Shown here in pieces: positions 26,701 through 39,700 of a stretch of 64,000 nt of DNA. Under the pieces are notes generated by a model. It was not told the DNA's origin, searched no databases, and worked only from the letters and a program-made list of their open reading frames with translations. The position numbers and the translations under genes are program-made. This stretch comes from Trichosphaerium sp. ATCC 40318 (lineage: Eukaryota; Protista; Tubulinea), in assembly GCA_038496445.1 (NCBI GenBank), contig JALMLS010000514.1:198982-262981 (forward strand). Reading direction: 5' to 3'. Positions within the stretch are counted from its first letter, which is position 1. Each line of letters opens with the position of its first letter.

Positions 26701-28820
26701 CATTTGAATACGCTTCAGCGGCTTTCAATGCTTCTGTGAGAGAGGCATTGTCATTACCGGCTGCTTTAATCTCCGCAGTCAAATCCTCAACCTGCTTTGC
26801 AAGACCACTCGCTGTTTCCTTATGTCCTTCAGATAACTTTGCTGTATCCTCAAGAGCAGACAGCTTAGCAACAAGAGTTTGATTTTCAAGTGAAGCTTTA
26901 GTATTTGATTCTAATTCCAAGTGAGACAACGAGTTGTTTCGAGAGTAATGAAAACGCTAAAAAAAAACTAATGTTGCACCTGTTGCTGCTTCGAACTTTT
27001 TCTTTAGACCTTCAATTTCTGTATCACGATCTTCCGTATGCGCTTTTGACTCATCAAGCTGTTCAGAGAGCGAAGCTATTTTTTGTTTCAATACCAACTC
27101 TCCTTCGCTCAATTTTATCTCCAATGCATTAGCTTTGTCATTTGCTTCTTTGAGCGCTTGCTGACTAAAGTGAAGTTCTGTTTGAACACCAGATAACTCT
27201 CCAGTGAGCCTATCAACTTCCTTTGATGATTTGTCAGACACAGGCTCTCCTTTAGATGCATTGTCCTTATAATCATTGAATTCTTTCCGCAAACTGTCAT
27301 AACTACTTTTTGCCTGAGCCAACTCGTCTTGCAACTTTTTAACCTCTTCTCCTGTAGTATCCGGTTGTTTTTGTTCTTGTTCAGGTTTGTTTTTAAGCGT
27401 AGTCTTGAGCTCTTCAAAAAGGTTTTGTTGCACACTCAACGCTTTTTCAAGTTCAGCTATTTTGCCTTCATTCTTTTTAAGTTTTTCTATTTCAGCATCT
27501 TTTTCCTGAAGTATAATTGCAGCATTCTTCAAATGACATAATTAATAAATACTTTTTATGTAATCTAGCACATACATCAACTTTCTCTTGAGCCATTTTA
27601 ATATCTTCTTTACCCAATTCACGTTCTTCTAGAAGATCTAAAAAGTTTGTTACAAAATTTTTTCGATGCTGTTTTCGCGTCACAAAACAATGCGTACTTC
27701 GCTGTCTAGTTTGGAGCTCTTGGATTATTTCATCTTTTGTAGTAAGCTCAATTTGCTACATATCAAATGAGACCAGGGTTGCTTGCATTCAATGTATTTA
27801 AACCAAAAGAGAAAAGAAAAGAAATATTGAAAAGATTTATGTTTTGTTAACAATCGACGATTACTTACTTGACTGTCAATCTTGATCTTTTGTTGTTGCT
27901 TAGATGTCTGCACATTAGAGTTAGTTTTAACTTAACATGATGTAAAGAGAATTACCTCAAGATCTGAAATAGTTTCTTCTAGTTCTGAAATAATTGACAG
28001 CTGTTCCGATTGGTCACCTGACTGTAATCCTAGTTCACGTGATTTTAGAATAAAATTAAACAAAAATTATCATAAACTAGAAGGTTAATTTACTTACTCT
28101 GATATCTAGATTCTAATGAAGACATACGAAGCGCCACAGCATCCTAAAGAGTAAAAGAGTTAAAAAATATTTTTTCAGTTTTTATTTTTTTGTGCAGCAA
28201 CACAAGCGTTAAAAATGTTATAAATTAGTTTCACTGCATCACAAAGCTTTATCTACGCGTATGATGGTTGCTTTCGTCACCACCAAATACTAATCGGGAA
28301 GTGTAATTTCTAACTTGCCTTATCTTGCTCCATCTTTTTTACTTCGCCTACTAGTACGCGTTCTCTTGCATTAAACTTTTTGATCTTCATGTCGGCCGCA
28401 GTCACGAGTTGTTTCAGTTGTTTCGCATGAGCGTTTTGGCGTTTAATAAAGGCAACAAGTTGCTCTCGTGGAGCTTTAGCCAAGTCGATTTTACTCTAAA
28501 TTGTAATTAATTCACTTTATGCAACGTTGCTTTGTTGTACCTTATTCCCTGCCGATCTAGGCGATACTTGAGGCTTTCCAGCAGTGTTATCTTGCTTTGA
28601 GCCATCAGGGGAAGGAGCGGGTTCATTACCAGCCTACAATATGCGTATTAGCACTATTGGCGCCCTTACAACAAACTTCAAACCACCGCAAGTGACGAAA
28701 GTCATTTTTCGCTTCAACGCCAATTAAAATACGCACCTCTTCTGGATTACCTTTACCCAGTGCCCTATTTTCGCGAATATCACGAACACGTTGGCTAATA
28801 CCTTTCCAAAAGTCTGCCAT
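20800..28820 (-). CDS. GRIP-domain golgin (large trans-Golgi coiled-coil tether), many exons
   Basis: About 8 kb of E/K/Q-rich coiled-coil exons ending in a GRIP domain EYLKNVIINYM...LLPVISKILQFSPEE with a C-terminal aromatic motif (FGWSW). Confidence 0.9.
26353..26426 (-). tRNA. tRNA-Thr(AGU), intronic in the golgin gene
   Basis: Full cloverleaf GGCTTGT TA GCAT AGTTGGTTA TTGC G CCCGC CT-AGT-AA GCGGG AGGTC CTGGG TTCGACT CCCAG ATAAGCC T, followed by T-runs (Pol III terminator). Confidence 0.93.
26564..26610 (+). pseudogene. Truncated inverted tRNA-Thr(AGU) copy (first 47 nt; lacks T-arm/B-box and 3' acceptor strand)
   Basis: Identical to the first 47 nt of the tRNA at 26353-26426 but on the opposite strand; the sequence diverges after the AGG of the variable loop. 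Confidence 0.9.
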
Positions 28821-29053
28821 TACGAATACGTTTCTATAGCTTACACGTCATAAGGGCTAATCACCTCAGCGTCATGCGGATCATATTGTTTACACCTTTT
28901 GACTTTTTTAACGACCGTTTCAGATGGTGACACGTACCTTTGATCACTACTGCCTAACAATGTTACTGGGCGCCTGCAAAACGAAAAAGAAAAATTATCG
29001 CTTTGCATTAAACTTAACGTCTTATTTTTCATTTTCAACCTAATCGCTTCAAA

Positions 29054-30575
29054 ATGACACTGCAGTGGAGAGATTATTACGCCATATTGGCTGTAGAAGT
29101 AACGGCGCAAGGCCCAGCGCTTAAAAAATCGTACCGTAAACTAGCTCTAAAATACCACCCAGATAGGAACATAGGTACGACAAGGTCTCTTTTGGGCACA
29201 ACAAATACCCAAAAATGACCCAACGCAATAATTTCTACTATTTCACTTTCCTCACGCGTTGTAATATTTTCTACCAGTACTTCAGGTGAAGGAAAGGAAG
29301 AAGCCGCCGAGCAGTTCAAATTAATCGCTGAAGCGTATGAAGTCCTTAGTGATGAAACTAAACGCAAGAAATACGATGCTACGTACTATCAACACAAGCA
29401 AGGTCGGCAAAGCGCGCCACCTCCAAGTGCTCCTCAGTATCAACCACAACAACGTAGCTATGCGCCGCCGCCACAATATGGCTGGCAGTACAACCCAAGG
29501 AACCCAAGAGATGTTTTTACAGACTTTTTTTCAAATGACACAGCTAGAGGTTACTCTCGCACATCTGCTCCTGGAAGCGGTTATCCTCCTGGATGGCCAG
29601 CAGGGTCATTTGAGCTTAAACCGTATCATAAAACTGACAAGTTTTTTGTTTTTGTAATTTCCTCGTTTTCTTCGATTTAATGACATCTCCTTAACGATAC
29701 AGTTCCCCACCAATTCACCAAAATCTTGTTTGCACTCTTGAGGTACGTTTAGACGAAAAACCAACAAGTTGACTTTCGTAACAGAGTCATAATAAATTTA
29801 TTTTGTTTTTTTGAACTTTTGTTTTAAATCTATGATCCAGGAGCTATACACTGGCACACAACGTACCATACGTATTAGAAAACAAACTATAGATTACATA
29901 AGTGGAAAATCGGAGATGGTAGAGCACTACCGCACCATAGTCGTACGCAGTTTTTAAACAATCAAAATGTTTTTTACACATGTTCTTTTTTACCTCTTTC
30001 GCGTTTCGCTTAGCTTATTTTATATTAGATTAAACCAGGTTGGAAAGAAGGAACTAACATTACTTTTCCTGGAGAAGGTGATGAACAACCAGGGTATAAA
30101 CCTGCTGACTTGGTATTCACAATTGTTGAACAAGAACACCCATTTTACATTCGTGAGGTACACTCTTCTTTCTTCGTTATTCGACGTAAAACAAACCGTT
30201 TATTCTGTTTAGGGAAATGACTTGATATGGACTGCACAAATAAATCTTGAGCAAGCACTAACAGGTTGTATTTGTGAAGTTTCTACGCTTGATAATAGAA
30301 AATTAATGATAGAACTAAAAGATGTATGTGACATTCTTGTTTTTTTCAAAATGTCTTTTTTGACACTTTGATGAAATTCGCTTTTATTCATATTTCTGAT
30401 TTAGGTTACGAATCCTGGACATACACATATTGTCGATGGTGAAGGTTTCCCAAGTTCAAAGCCACCTAATCGTAAAGGAGACTTAATCATTAAGTTTGAT
30501 GTTCTTTTCCCAAAAGCACTTACAGGTGATCAAAGAACAAAGATTAAGGATGTACTTAGTTATTGCGAATACTAA
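29054..30575 (+). CDS. DnaJ/Hsp40 class B (DNAJB/Sis1-like) chaperone
   Basis: DYYAILAV...[17 protein letters not shown]-domain; C-terminal domain motifs [26 protein letters not shown]...PADLVF, LEQALTG, GEGFP...[12 protein letters not shown]. Confidence 0.92.
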
Positions 30576-31193
30576 ACAGGTGTCTCTATACAATATTCAT
30601 TATAAACAAAAATGATACTAAACAAACAGCCTATGTTTATTAAACGCTTGGACTGACCATCTAAATATTGTTACCAAAAAATCACGTGACATGTGATAAT
30701 GTTAGAATTCCGCTAGGAAAAAGATTGTAGGGATGACCATGAAGTGAGAAATATCTTGACAATGAAGTATTTATCACGATGTCACTAGATTAGCATTTTC
30801 CAACTTTATCGGAAATTTGTACAAGTAGGGACTCACGTTATCGATAATGTGAACTGCGATGTTGCTTTTTTGTACCGCGGAACTTCTGTCTGACGTCACT
30901 AATAGACAACTTTGCTTGCGTACTTTGCTGCACTATTAGGCTGTTGTTTTGGTGCCGTGCAGTTGCTTTCGTCCGTATACTATTTCGGGTTTACGCTATT
31001 TTGGTAGTTCCGGGCAATGTCTCTACGCTAGCAATGCTTCGGTACTTACTGGATGGAATGGTGTTTGTTTATACACTAGCGCAACTGTACTCTTCCTAAA
31101 ATAGTATTATCTTTGGCCAAATCTAGAATGAGACCAAAACTAAAAACTCACAACACAAACCACAACAACTCACTAAAAAACACGTACACAAAA

Positions 31194-33325
31194 ATGCAAT
31201 ACACTCACCTACTCGCACTAGTATGCGTAGTAGCACTTTACATTAGCTTTGCTTCTGCTCACAGTTTCATGTGTGTACCACGTCCTTTCACTGGCTTTGA
31301 CGGTGGTTGCCGACACGACAGAAATGGTAACAACCTTATTTGCCCTGGACCTTGTGAAGATTGGACCCAAGGTCGCGGAGGACCACAACAGAGGTTCACA
31401 AAAGCAAACGTACCTTTCGGTGCAACATACAGGCGTGGACAGAGAGTTACATTCGAATGGGCGTACGTAGATTGCGCTTTTGTAAAGCCTGTTTGGAAAG
31501 TTTCCTTTATCGCGCTACTAACGCTAGTTTAGTAAAAACAACCATAAAGCCGGTTTTACACGTTTAGCTATCTCACCATGGAAACATCAATACAACAAGC
31601 CAGAATTCGAGAAATTCGCTTTCGCTTACGTCTGCTGGTAAACAATAATCCCCAAGCATATTTCTAAGTACATGTAGGGACGGTCAAGCACAACCAAGTT
31701 ACCGCAATGACCCTCGCGGCAAGAAACAATGCGGTGACAGTGGAGATGGCAAATACATCACGTACACTACAACAATCCCGGATTGCGTACCAGATGGTGA
31801 ATACATTCTCGGTTGGGCTTGGTTCGGTGGCGCTAACTTGGGTGATTACTACTCTTGCTCCAAGATCGTTATTTCAGGTGGTAACACTTTAAAGGCCAGC
31901 TGTCCTGTATTGTGTAAGGAATGTGATTCTACAACTCATGAACTCGGTGTTTGTGCCAAAGAGGGTTGCAGCAGACACTCACGCAACTTCTTTGGAAATA
32001 ACAAAAAGACACCCAATAGTTGTAATTCCAACACCCGTCTACTCAGCGAACAATATGGCGCTACTGGTTCTACAGGCGGTAACAGCAATGGTGGTAACAA
32101 CAACGGCGGTAATAACAACGGAAACAACAACGGTGGAAGCAACAATGGCGGAAACAACGGCGGAAACAACAACTCCGGAAACAACAATGGTGGAAACAAC
32201 GGTGGAAACAACAATGGCGGTAACAATGGCGGCAATAATGGCGGTAATGGAAACATTCCTACATTAAAAGCCCCAGGTGTTGTTGGAGTACAATACTTCA
32301 GCTCCTTTGAAGATAGAAGCCAAGGAAATGCAGGTACACTTTACTATATTTTAGTCTTTTTTTCTTCATTTTGACTTTCACTTTGTTTTTTACTTACTTC
32401 TACGAATACAGGCGGTGATACATGTGCTCCAAAGAATGGAGGTTCCAAAATGGCTGATTTGCAATCAAACAACGGTGTATGTAACCTTGGATGGATCCAA
32501 GAAGGCGAATGGGTCATGTATGATATTGACTTTCAAGCTGGTTCGTACAATGTTGAATTTGAAGTTGCATCTGCAAGAGCTGGTACACATGCCTTCGAAA
32601 CAAGAGTAGAAGGTGGCGGGACAACTCAATTCTCATTCGGAGCAACTGGAGGTACATAGCCTTTGTTTTTCTTTTGTTTTTAACTTGGCTTATTTAAACT
32701 TGTCGTATTTGGTTCTTACGATTGATACATAGGTTGGCAAAGTTACACAACTATCAGAGAGTTCATTGGATCTGTTGGAGGTGGGCGTAAAGAATTCACA
32801 ATTGAAATGAAGTCAGATGATTTCAACATTCGCAGTTTCAGGTTCATCAAAACTGAAAGCAATGGTGGTAACAACGGCGGCAACAACAATGGCGGCAACA
32901 ACCGTGGAAACAATGGCGGTAACAACAGGGATAACAACAGAAACAACAACAACTGTCCAGGCAAACGTGATCTGTAAGTTTTTTTTTATTGAACTCTTTT
33001 GTTTGTTTTTTTTTTGCTTATTTTATGCCCTAGTGAATCACAAAGCAAGGCTTTGATTCTCAAAGAACCAACAGAAATGATCAGAGGTTCTAAATACGTT
33101 ATGCCTGTCCGATACTTTGCTGCTGAAGATAGCGTTGTTCAAGTCTTAATGTGGAACAACATGAAGCCAATCTCAACTGGTTATGCTCTTGTTGAAGCAG
33201 GCGAGAATGTTACAAATGTAACAGTATCTGTGCCTACACACGCTCAAAGTGGTAACTACTTCTTGACAACACATGTACAAGCTCAATCTGATGTCACTCA
33301 GAGCAGCTTTGTCAAAGTAAACTAA
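31194..33325 (+). CDS. Secreted LPMO-like (His-brace) protein + Asn/Gly linker + CBM6-like module + C-terminal beta-sandwich domain
   Basis: A 22-aa signal peptide ending ASA leaves His at mature position 1 (31260). Second His in KNNHKAGFTRL, then TIPDCVPDGEYILGWAWFGG and DYYSCSKIVI. CBM6-like NLGWIQEGEWVMYDIDF...VASA...TGGWQSY. Confidence 0.75.
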
Positions 33326-33710
33326 ACCCAATAAATAAAACACTTGATCTACGCCATAACATACCATGAGTGCTGCGTTTATGAGTTTAGAGCAAATTTA
33401 TTGTCACAGCTTGTTTTCACAAGTAATTTTAACCCGTTTTTAAATATAAAAGCCGACCGTTTTCATGAGTTTACACTTGTTGAAATCTAATTAATAATCC
33501 ATAGAACAGCTTGAAGAATTCTGAAGCAGAAAAACTTTCCATATGGAGTTAAGCGCCCGTTTTTAAGTTAAATACAAAGTCACAAACAGCAAAGCCATAG
33601 TAATATACATACAACAATGTTACAGATGAGTTCTCTATAATGATGTTTTTTTTATTTATTGTTACACTGAAATTTTTTGGCTATTTTTTTTTGGGTATTA
33701 AAATCTACAC

Positions 33711-36700
33711 CTATGATGCAGCTGCTGAGAAAAAATTTGTTTCCTTTGATTTTTTATGTTTTCGTCTTCCGCAATCAGAACTCATTTTGTACTTAAAGAA
33801 CTTTAGAGATGAAAAATCGCTTCCAAAAATATCATCTGAATTCTCAATATATTCTTCTTCTTTTCCTTCAACAATATTCGGACTATTCCTACCAACTCCA
33901 ATAAGATTAGGTGTTCTCATTGATGTCTGACCAAGAACGCCTATTCAACATAAGTTCAACTTTAAAGTAAGAGGCAACAGAAACAACGAAAACAAAAGAA
34001 CAATGTTTCCGAAATAACAAAATTTTAAAGGGAGAGAAAAAAAAACTTCGCTAGCTGCTGGCAGGATGGAAAATAGTAAACTCCCAGCTTTTATACCATC
34101 AATTAACCGTTAGATAATGGGATTTTTAAAATGTTTGAATAAAATCCAGTACATACCATGTGGAAAATCTTGAGACGGATCATGTTCGTATTTCAACTTG
34201 AAATTTATATGACATGTTGAATGCTTACTAGAAGAGAATCTCAGTATGATAGTATACCCATGCGCCCGTATTATTGTCTTTTTATTCTTTAGATCAGTCC
34301 TAGAACATTATAATCACGTGATAGGTTCTTGTTAAGTCAGTAAAAATAAGACTTACTGTCTAAGTGACAATGCTCCAATTTCATAACTTTCTTTTGGTTT
34401 GACATGTGTCCCGTTCACTGTCACTATTGTCTTCCCTTTAGATCTGTCGCATTTGAATAATACTCTGGCTTCAGTATGCAATCCATTACATACTCTGATA
34501 CCTAATGTACCCATGTATGTCTTTGTTTTTTTTGGACGTAAATCAGCATCAAGAAAAAGACTGTTCATCTGAAACCACGTGTCTGAAACCAAACTTTTTA
34601 GAAAAAACCAGGTTAGTTTTGAGCTCTCAGTGTATTTAGGTCTACTCAAACGTACTTGTATATATTATTTGCAGTTCCATGAAAATCGAACCTATGATTA
34701 CATTAGTTTACAATGTAACGAGTTTAATGGCTGTTACCGTTGACCCAAAAGACCTAAGAAAATAATGTTAACATGTTGATTATTATTTTTTTTTTTTTTT
34801 TGCTAGTACCTATAAAGTGAGGATCCCCTGATCCACTGGATGATATAGTGAACAAAAATACAATATTCATTATGTCGCCTGGAGTTCCACTTCCATTTGG
34901 TAATGCATACGGTATAACCGAAACATTAAAAGACCCTAAATATTACTGTTAGAAATGTGAACTTTAGGCCAAACTTTAAAAAAAGGAGAATGGCTATCTT
35001 CATTATACTGATTTTTCCTCAAGTATACATATTCTAAACACGTACCAGGTGCTACAGGGATTATACTGCTATCAAAATCAGGTCCGTTGGAAATGCTGAA
35101 TAGTGGTAAGGATCAGAAAATTACATCAAGTTTGATTTGTTTTGTTTTTTTGTAATCGTACATTGTAATTCCGTTGATTGTTATCTGGACTGATTGTGTT
35201 GTATTGGAACCAATAATGCGTATAATCACATCTGGTGTTGATAATGTAGTAACATCTATAGATAACCCATCATTCAATTCAATAAGAGTAACATTATCAG
35301 TAGGATCGATGAGAACCAACTGGTTAACTGCAGGTTGCTACAAGAAAAAATTAGGAAACAAAACAGGCTGGTTCTTTAGTTTGTACGATTGAAGAGTCTG
35401 ATGGTACTGCTGGTACTAGTATTGTTGATGGAACACGAACAGTAGACGGTGTTGAGATTGTTGCTGGTGTAACAATCGTAGCTGGAGTGTTGATGGTCGA
35501 TGGCGATGTAATCGTTGCAGGTGTCACTACTGTTGCTGGTGTTCGGATTGTTGAAGGTACTGTAATCGTTGCTGGCGAAACTATTGTCGCTGGACTGTTG
35601 ATGGTCGACGGCGATGTAATCGTTGCAGGTGTCACTACTGTTGCTGGTGTACGTATCGTTGAAGGCGTCGAGATTGTTGCCGGCGTAACTAGTGTAGCTG
35701 GACTGTTTATAGTTGAAGGGACTGTAACAGTCGCTGGTGTTACTACAGTAGCGGGTGCACGTATTGTTGAAGGTGTGGATATAGTTGCTGGAGTAACTAA
35801 CGTTGCTGGACTGTTGATTGTGGATGGCGACGAGATCGTTGCAGGCGTAACAATCGTTGCTGGACTGTTGATTGTGGATGGCGATGAAATCGTTGCGGGT
35901 GTTACTACAGTTGCTGGTGTACGGATTGTTGAAGGTGTTGAGATGGTTGCAGGTGTTACTAATGTTGCAGGGCTGTTAATTGTTGATGGAACTGTAACTG
36001 TTGCTGGAGTGATTACTGTTGATGGAGCATTTATTGTTGATGGAGTAAGTATCGTTCCAGGAGTCGTGATCGTTGCTGGTGTTACAATAGTCGCAGGACT
36101 CTGCACTGTTGCGGGTGTTCTGATAGTTGACGGCGTCAACAGTGTTGCTGGCGTGCGGAATGTTGAAGGTACTGTAATCGTTGCTGGTGAAACTATTGTC
36201 GCTGGACTGTTGATGGTCGACGGCGATGTAATCGTTGCAGGTGTCACTACTGTTGCTGGTGTACGTATCGTCGAAGGAGTCGAGATTGTTGCTGGTGTAA
36301 CTAACGTCGCTGGACTGTTTATAGTTGAAGGGACTGTGACAGTCGCTGGTGTTACCACAGTAGCTGGTGTTTGTATTGTTGATGGAGTACGGATCGTTCC
36401 AGGTGTTGTGATTGTTGATGGCATAGACACTGTAGCAGGTGTTACTACCGTAGCAGGTGCACGTATTGTTGAAGGTGTGGATATAGTTGCAGGTGTTACA
36501 AGTGTTGCTGGACTGTTTATCGTTGATGGGATTGTAACTGTTGCTGGAGTGATAACTGTTGATGGAGCATTTATTGTAGATGGAGTACGGACCGTTCCAG
36601 GTGTTGTGATTGTTGATGGCATAGACACTGTAGCAGGTGTTACTACCGTAGCAGGTGTACGTATTGTTGAAGGTGTGGATATGGTTGCTGGCGTCACCAA

Positions 36701-39700
36701 TGTCGCTGGACTGTTGATAGTTGATGGAACTGTAACTGTTGCTGGAGTGATTACTGTTGATGGAGCATTTATTGTTGATGGAGTACGGATCGTTCCAGGT
36801 GTTGTGATCGTTGATGGTGTTATGGTTGTTGATGGTGCGTTAATGGTTGATGGAGTATTTACAGTTCCAGGTGTTATTAGTGTAGATGGCGTTAGTACTG
36901 TGCCTGGTGTGTTTATAGTTGATGGTGTTGTTATCGTCGCAGGTGATTCTATTGTTGATGGTGTACTAATGGTAGCAGGGGAGAATATCGGAGATAATGT
37001 TGGTGGAGTTGTTGTAGGTGGTCCTTGTACTGTTATCAATATACCTAGTTCGTCTCCCATTGTAGATAATGAAGCATTGAAAGGATAGTTTGTAATGAGT
37101 GTACCAGACATTGCAATAATTCCAGAAGTTCTTAACAAAAAAACAGTTAGATGTTGTCACAGCTTGGTTTTGTTTGTTATGAAGAAGTAAAGCGTTGAGG
37201 GGTAGTGTATAAAAACGTACTCGAATAGAGGTATAAAAGTAGTTGTAGCTGGTTCAGTGAGTACTGAAAATTGTGCGTTTATGGTACCTTAAGAATATGT
37301 TAAGCTGAAATTTTTTGCTTGTTGTTTTCTTACCTGCTAGTACCAAGTTTCCTCCGACTAGTATTCTACCACTAGATACTGGACTTATAGAGGATACTAT
37401 GAATCTAGATAAACCGTTTGCATCCTTGCATGTTACGTCAGTGGCCGAATAAATAAATGACTTGAAAAAAATTATTACTTGGCTAAAGTTTCCCATCACC
37501 ATGAACTCTCTGTCTCCTACATCAAACTCACCAGCATTGGCAACGTCTGCGTTTATAAAACCCTCGCCTTAAAACGTTAGAAGCAAGTTTTATCAGCACT
37601 AACTTACCTCTAACGATGCATGTTTCAAGGTTCTGAAGTTGTACTGCGTTCAAAATACCTCCTTAAAAAAAAAAGAATCGTCAACTTAATTGAGTTTCAT
37701 GCTCACGTGCACACATACCATTCATTAAAAGAGTACATACACCAGTTTGTTGGAGAAAAATTCCTGTAGTAAACATGGTAGTGATTGTCCATTGACCAGT
37801 ATTTAAGAAAATATCATCGATGTCATTTCTTTAAAATTGATTAGTAAGTTTAGTTCGTTAGAAAAACTATCTGTACTCACCCAAACACAGCATTATCAAC
37901 TGTGGTAAGTGCGTTATGTCTGATAGTGGAATCAGTCATCGTGACTGTTATGCCATTACCTTTATGGTTGTAAGAGGTGAGGTTTAATTTCGGTTACATG
38001 GGAAGACGTACTAACTAAAAAAGAGGTTGTTATTGTTATTGTGCTTGAAGTCATTGTAAAATCGCCGTTGAATCCACCAGTAACAAAAGTCAATTCAGAG
38101 TCTTGTACTTGTCCTCCAGAAATAACACCAATCACTTGTGCTGTGAATATAGCATCGTTTATGATACCTAATAAAAATCGATAAACAAGGTATGTTGAAA
38201 CAAATAAATAAAAAAATCAAAGGAAATCTTGGTTGTACCGTCAAGCAATGCGAAATTAGGGAACGACGATATTGGAGTTTGTATAATTTCGGCTTGTGGC
38301 CCGTTTATTTGTATAGAAGCTATATCACCCGAGATCATCTAACGTTTAAAATGTAAACACAAGAAAAAACAAACATGTGAATTTGAATAAAAAAAATTGT
38401 CAAAAAGACCAGCACATACCGTGTTGAAACTGAAAGTTCCTGAAGTTACTACAAGGCGGCTAGTCGAATCTGACGTCAAAGAAAGTTGTATATCAACTAT
38501 TATTACTCCTGGAGGATACTTTATACATAACGAGAGTGAGCAACAAATAATGGAGTTTTTTCTTGGATTTGTCAAAAAAAAAAACTAGTACGTTTAATTC
38601 TAATTCAGAATTCTCAATTAAGGAAATCCCTACGACGTTTGTTTGTCCCAAGATTGTTACGCTTAATATTGGGTAAATAAAATACAGGATCATAATAGAA
38701 GATAGCACAAGTAGTACCTTGAATCTCTAAAAGTATGTACTCCAATTATATTTTGTATGATCATATCACCAATACTTATTACTGTCGAGCTCATTGAAGC
38801 CTCATAATTGTTGACTGCTACTAGCCCAGGAGCGCTTCTACCTATATGGAATAAAGTAAGCATTCATAATGACATGAAAAAGGCGTACGCAATGTGAACT
38901 GGTTACCAGAAATACTTGGTAAGTCTGTAGCATCAAAGATAGCATTGACAAGAACGTCAGCATTGACGAATGTAAAGTCAAGTGTAACATTTGATAATGT
39001 CACCTGCGTCGTGATATCAGTGAATATTGCATTAGATATAACAGAGCCTTAAAAACAATCGTTAGAATCGTCAAAGTTTCCGTAAAAAAAAAAAACAAAA
39101 AGAAGTACTAACCGCCTCCTGATATCAACCCAGCGTTTATTTGCCAATCTGTGTTACTTACACCATTTGAAAGGCGTACGAATGACCCAGGTGATACTAA
39201 AATAGAAGAACCATTCCTAAAGTGATATATTAGCTGTAGAACAAACACGTGACCACGTGGGTTGCTCATTTTTTTTGTCAACTATCTGAAATATTTTAAT
39301 TTCTTTACGTACGAAAATAAGGAAGGACATGAAGCGTTTGAAGTACTCACATAATCTATGCCACCTTCAAATACTTCAACTATGCCATCTATTTGTATTT
39401 GGAGATTTTGGGAAGTATCTAAAAGTGTGAATTCTGTCCTCCCTGGTCCAGTTTTGTTTAAACGTGTGCGAAACCTGAGCAATGCCTTTTTGTGTTTATT
39501 AATATCCACGTGAAAAATTATAAGATTTTGACAACGCACTTTATTGTCTAAAATGCTTGAGGCAATACCTACAGTCCTTACTCCCGCTACACCGACAACT
39601 ACAAATGGAATTTAGGCAATACTGGGCTCAATAACTGCTTCGGAGATGAGCAACGTACGTGCGTTAAGAGACTCGTCAATTTCAACAGTGTCAAAAGAGA

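Noticed and set aside
31936-32256. Pro/Leu-rich ORF on the - strand (also 32743-32964)
   Set aside because: Antisense of the Asn/Gly linker codons of the LPMO-like gene.
35405-36985. CRISPR-like array
   Set aside because: Contiguous degenerate coding repeats with no unique spacers, no cas genes and a eukaryotic context.
35487-37088. 533-aa Val/Gly-rich ORF on the + strand
   Set aside because: Antisense shadow of the Thr/Pro hexapeptide exon; the flanking exons and splice sites are on the - strand.
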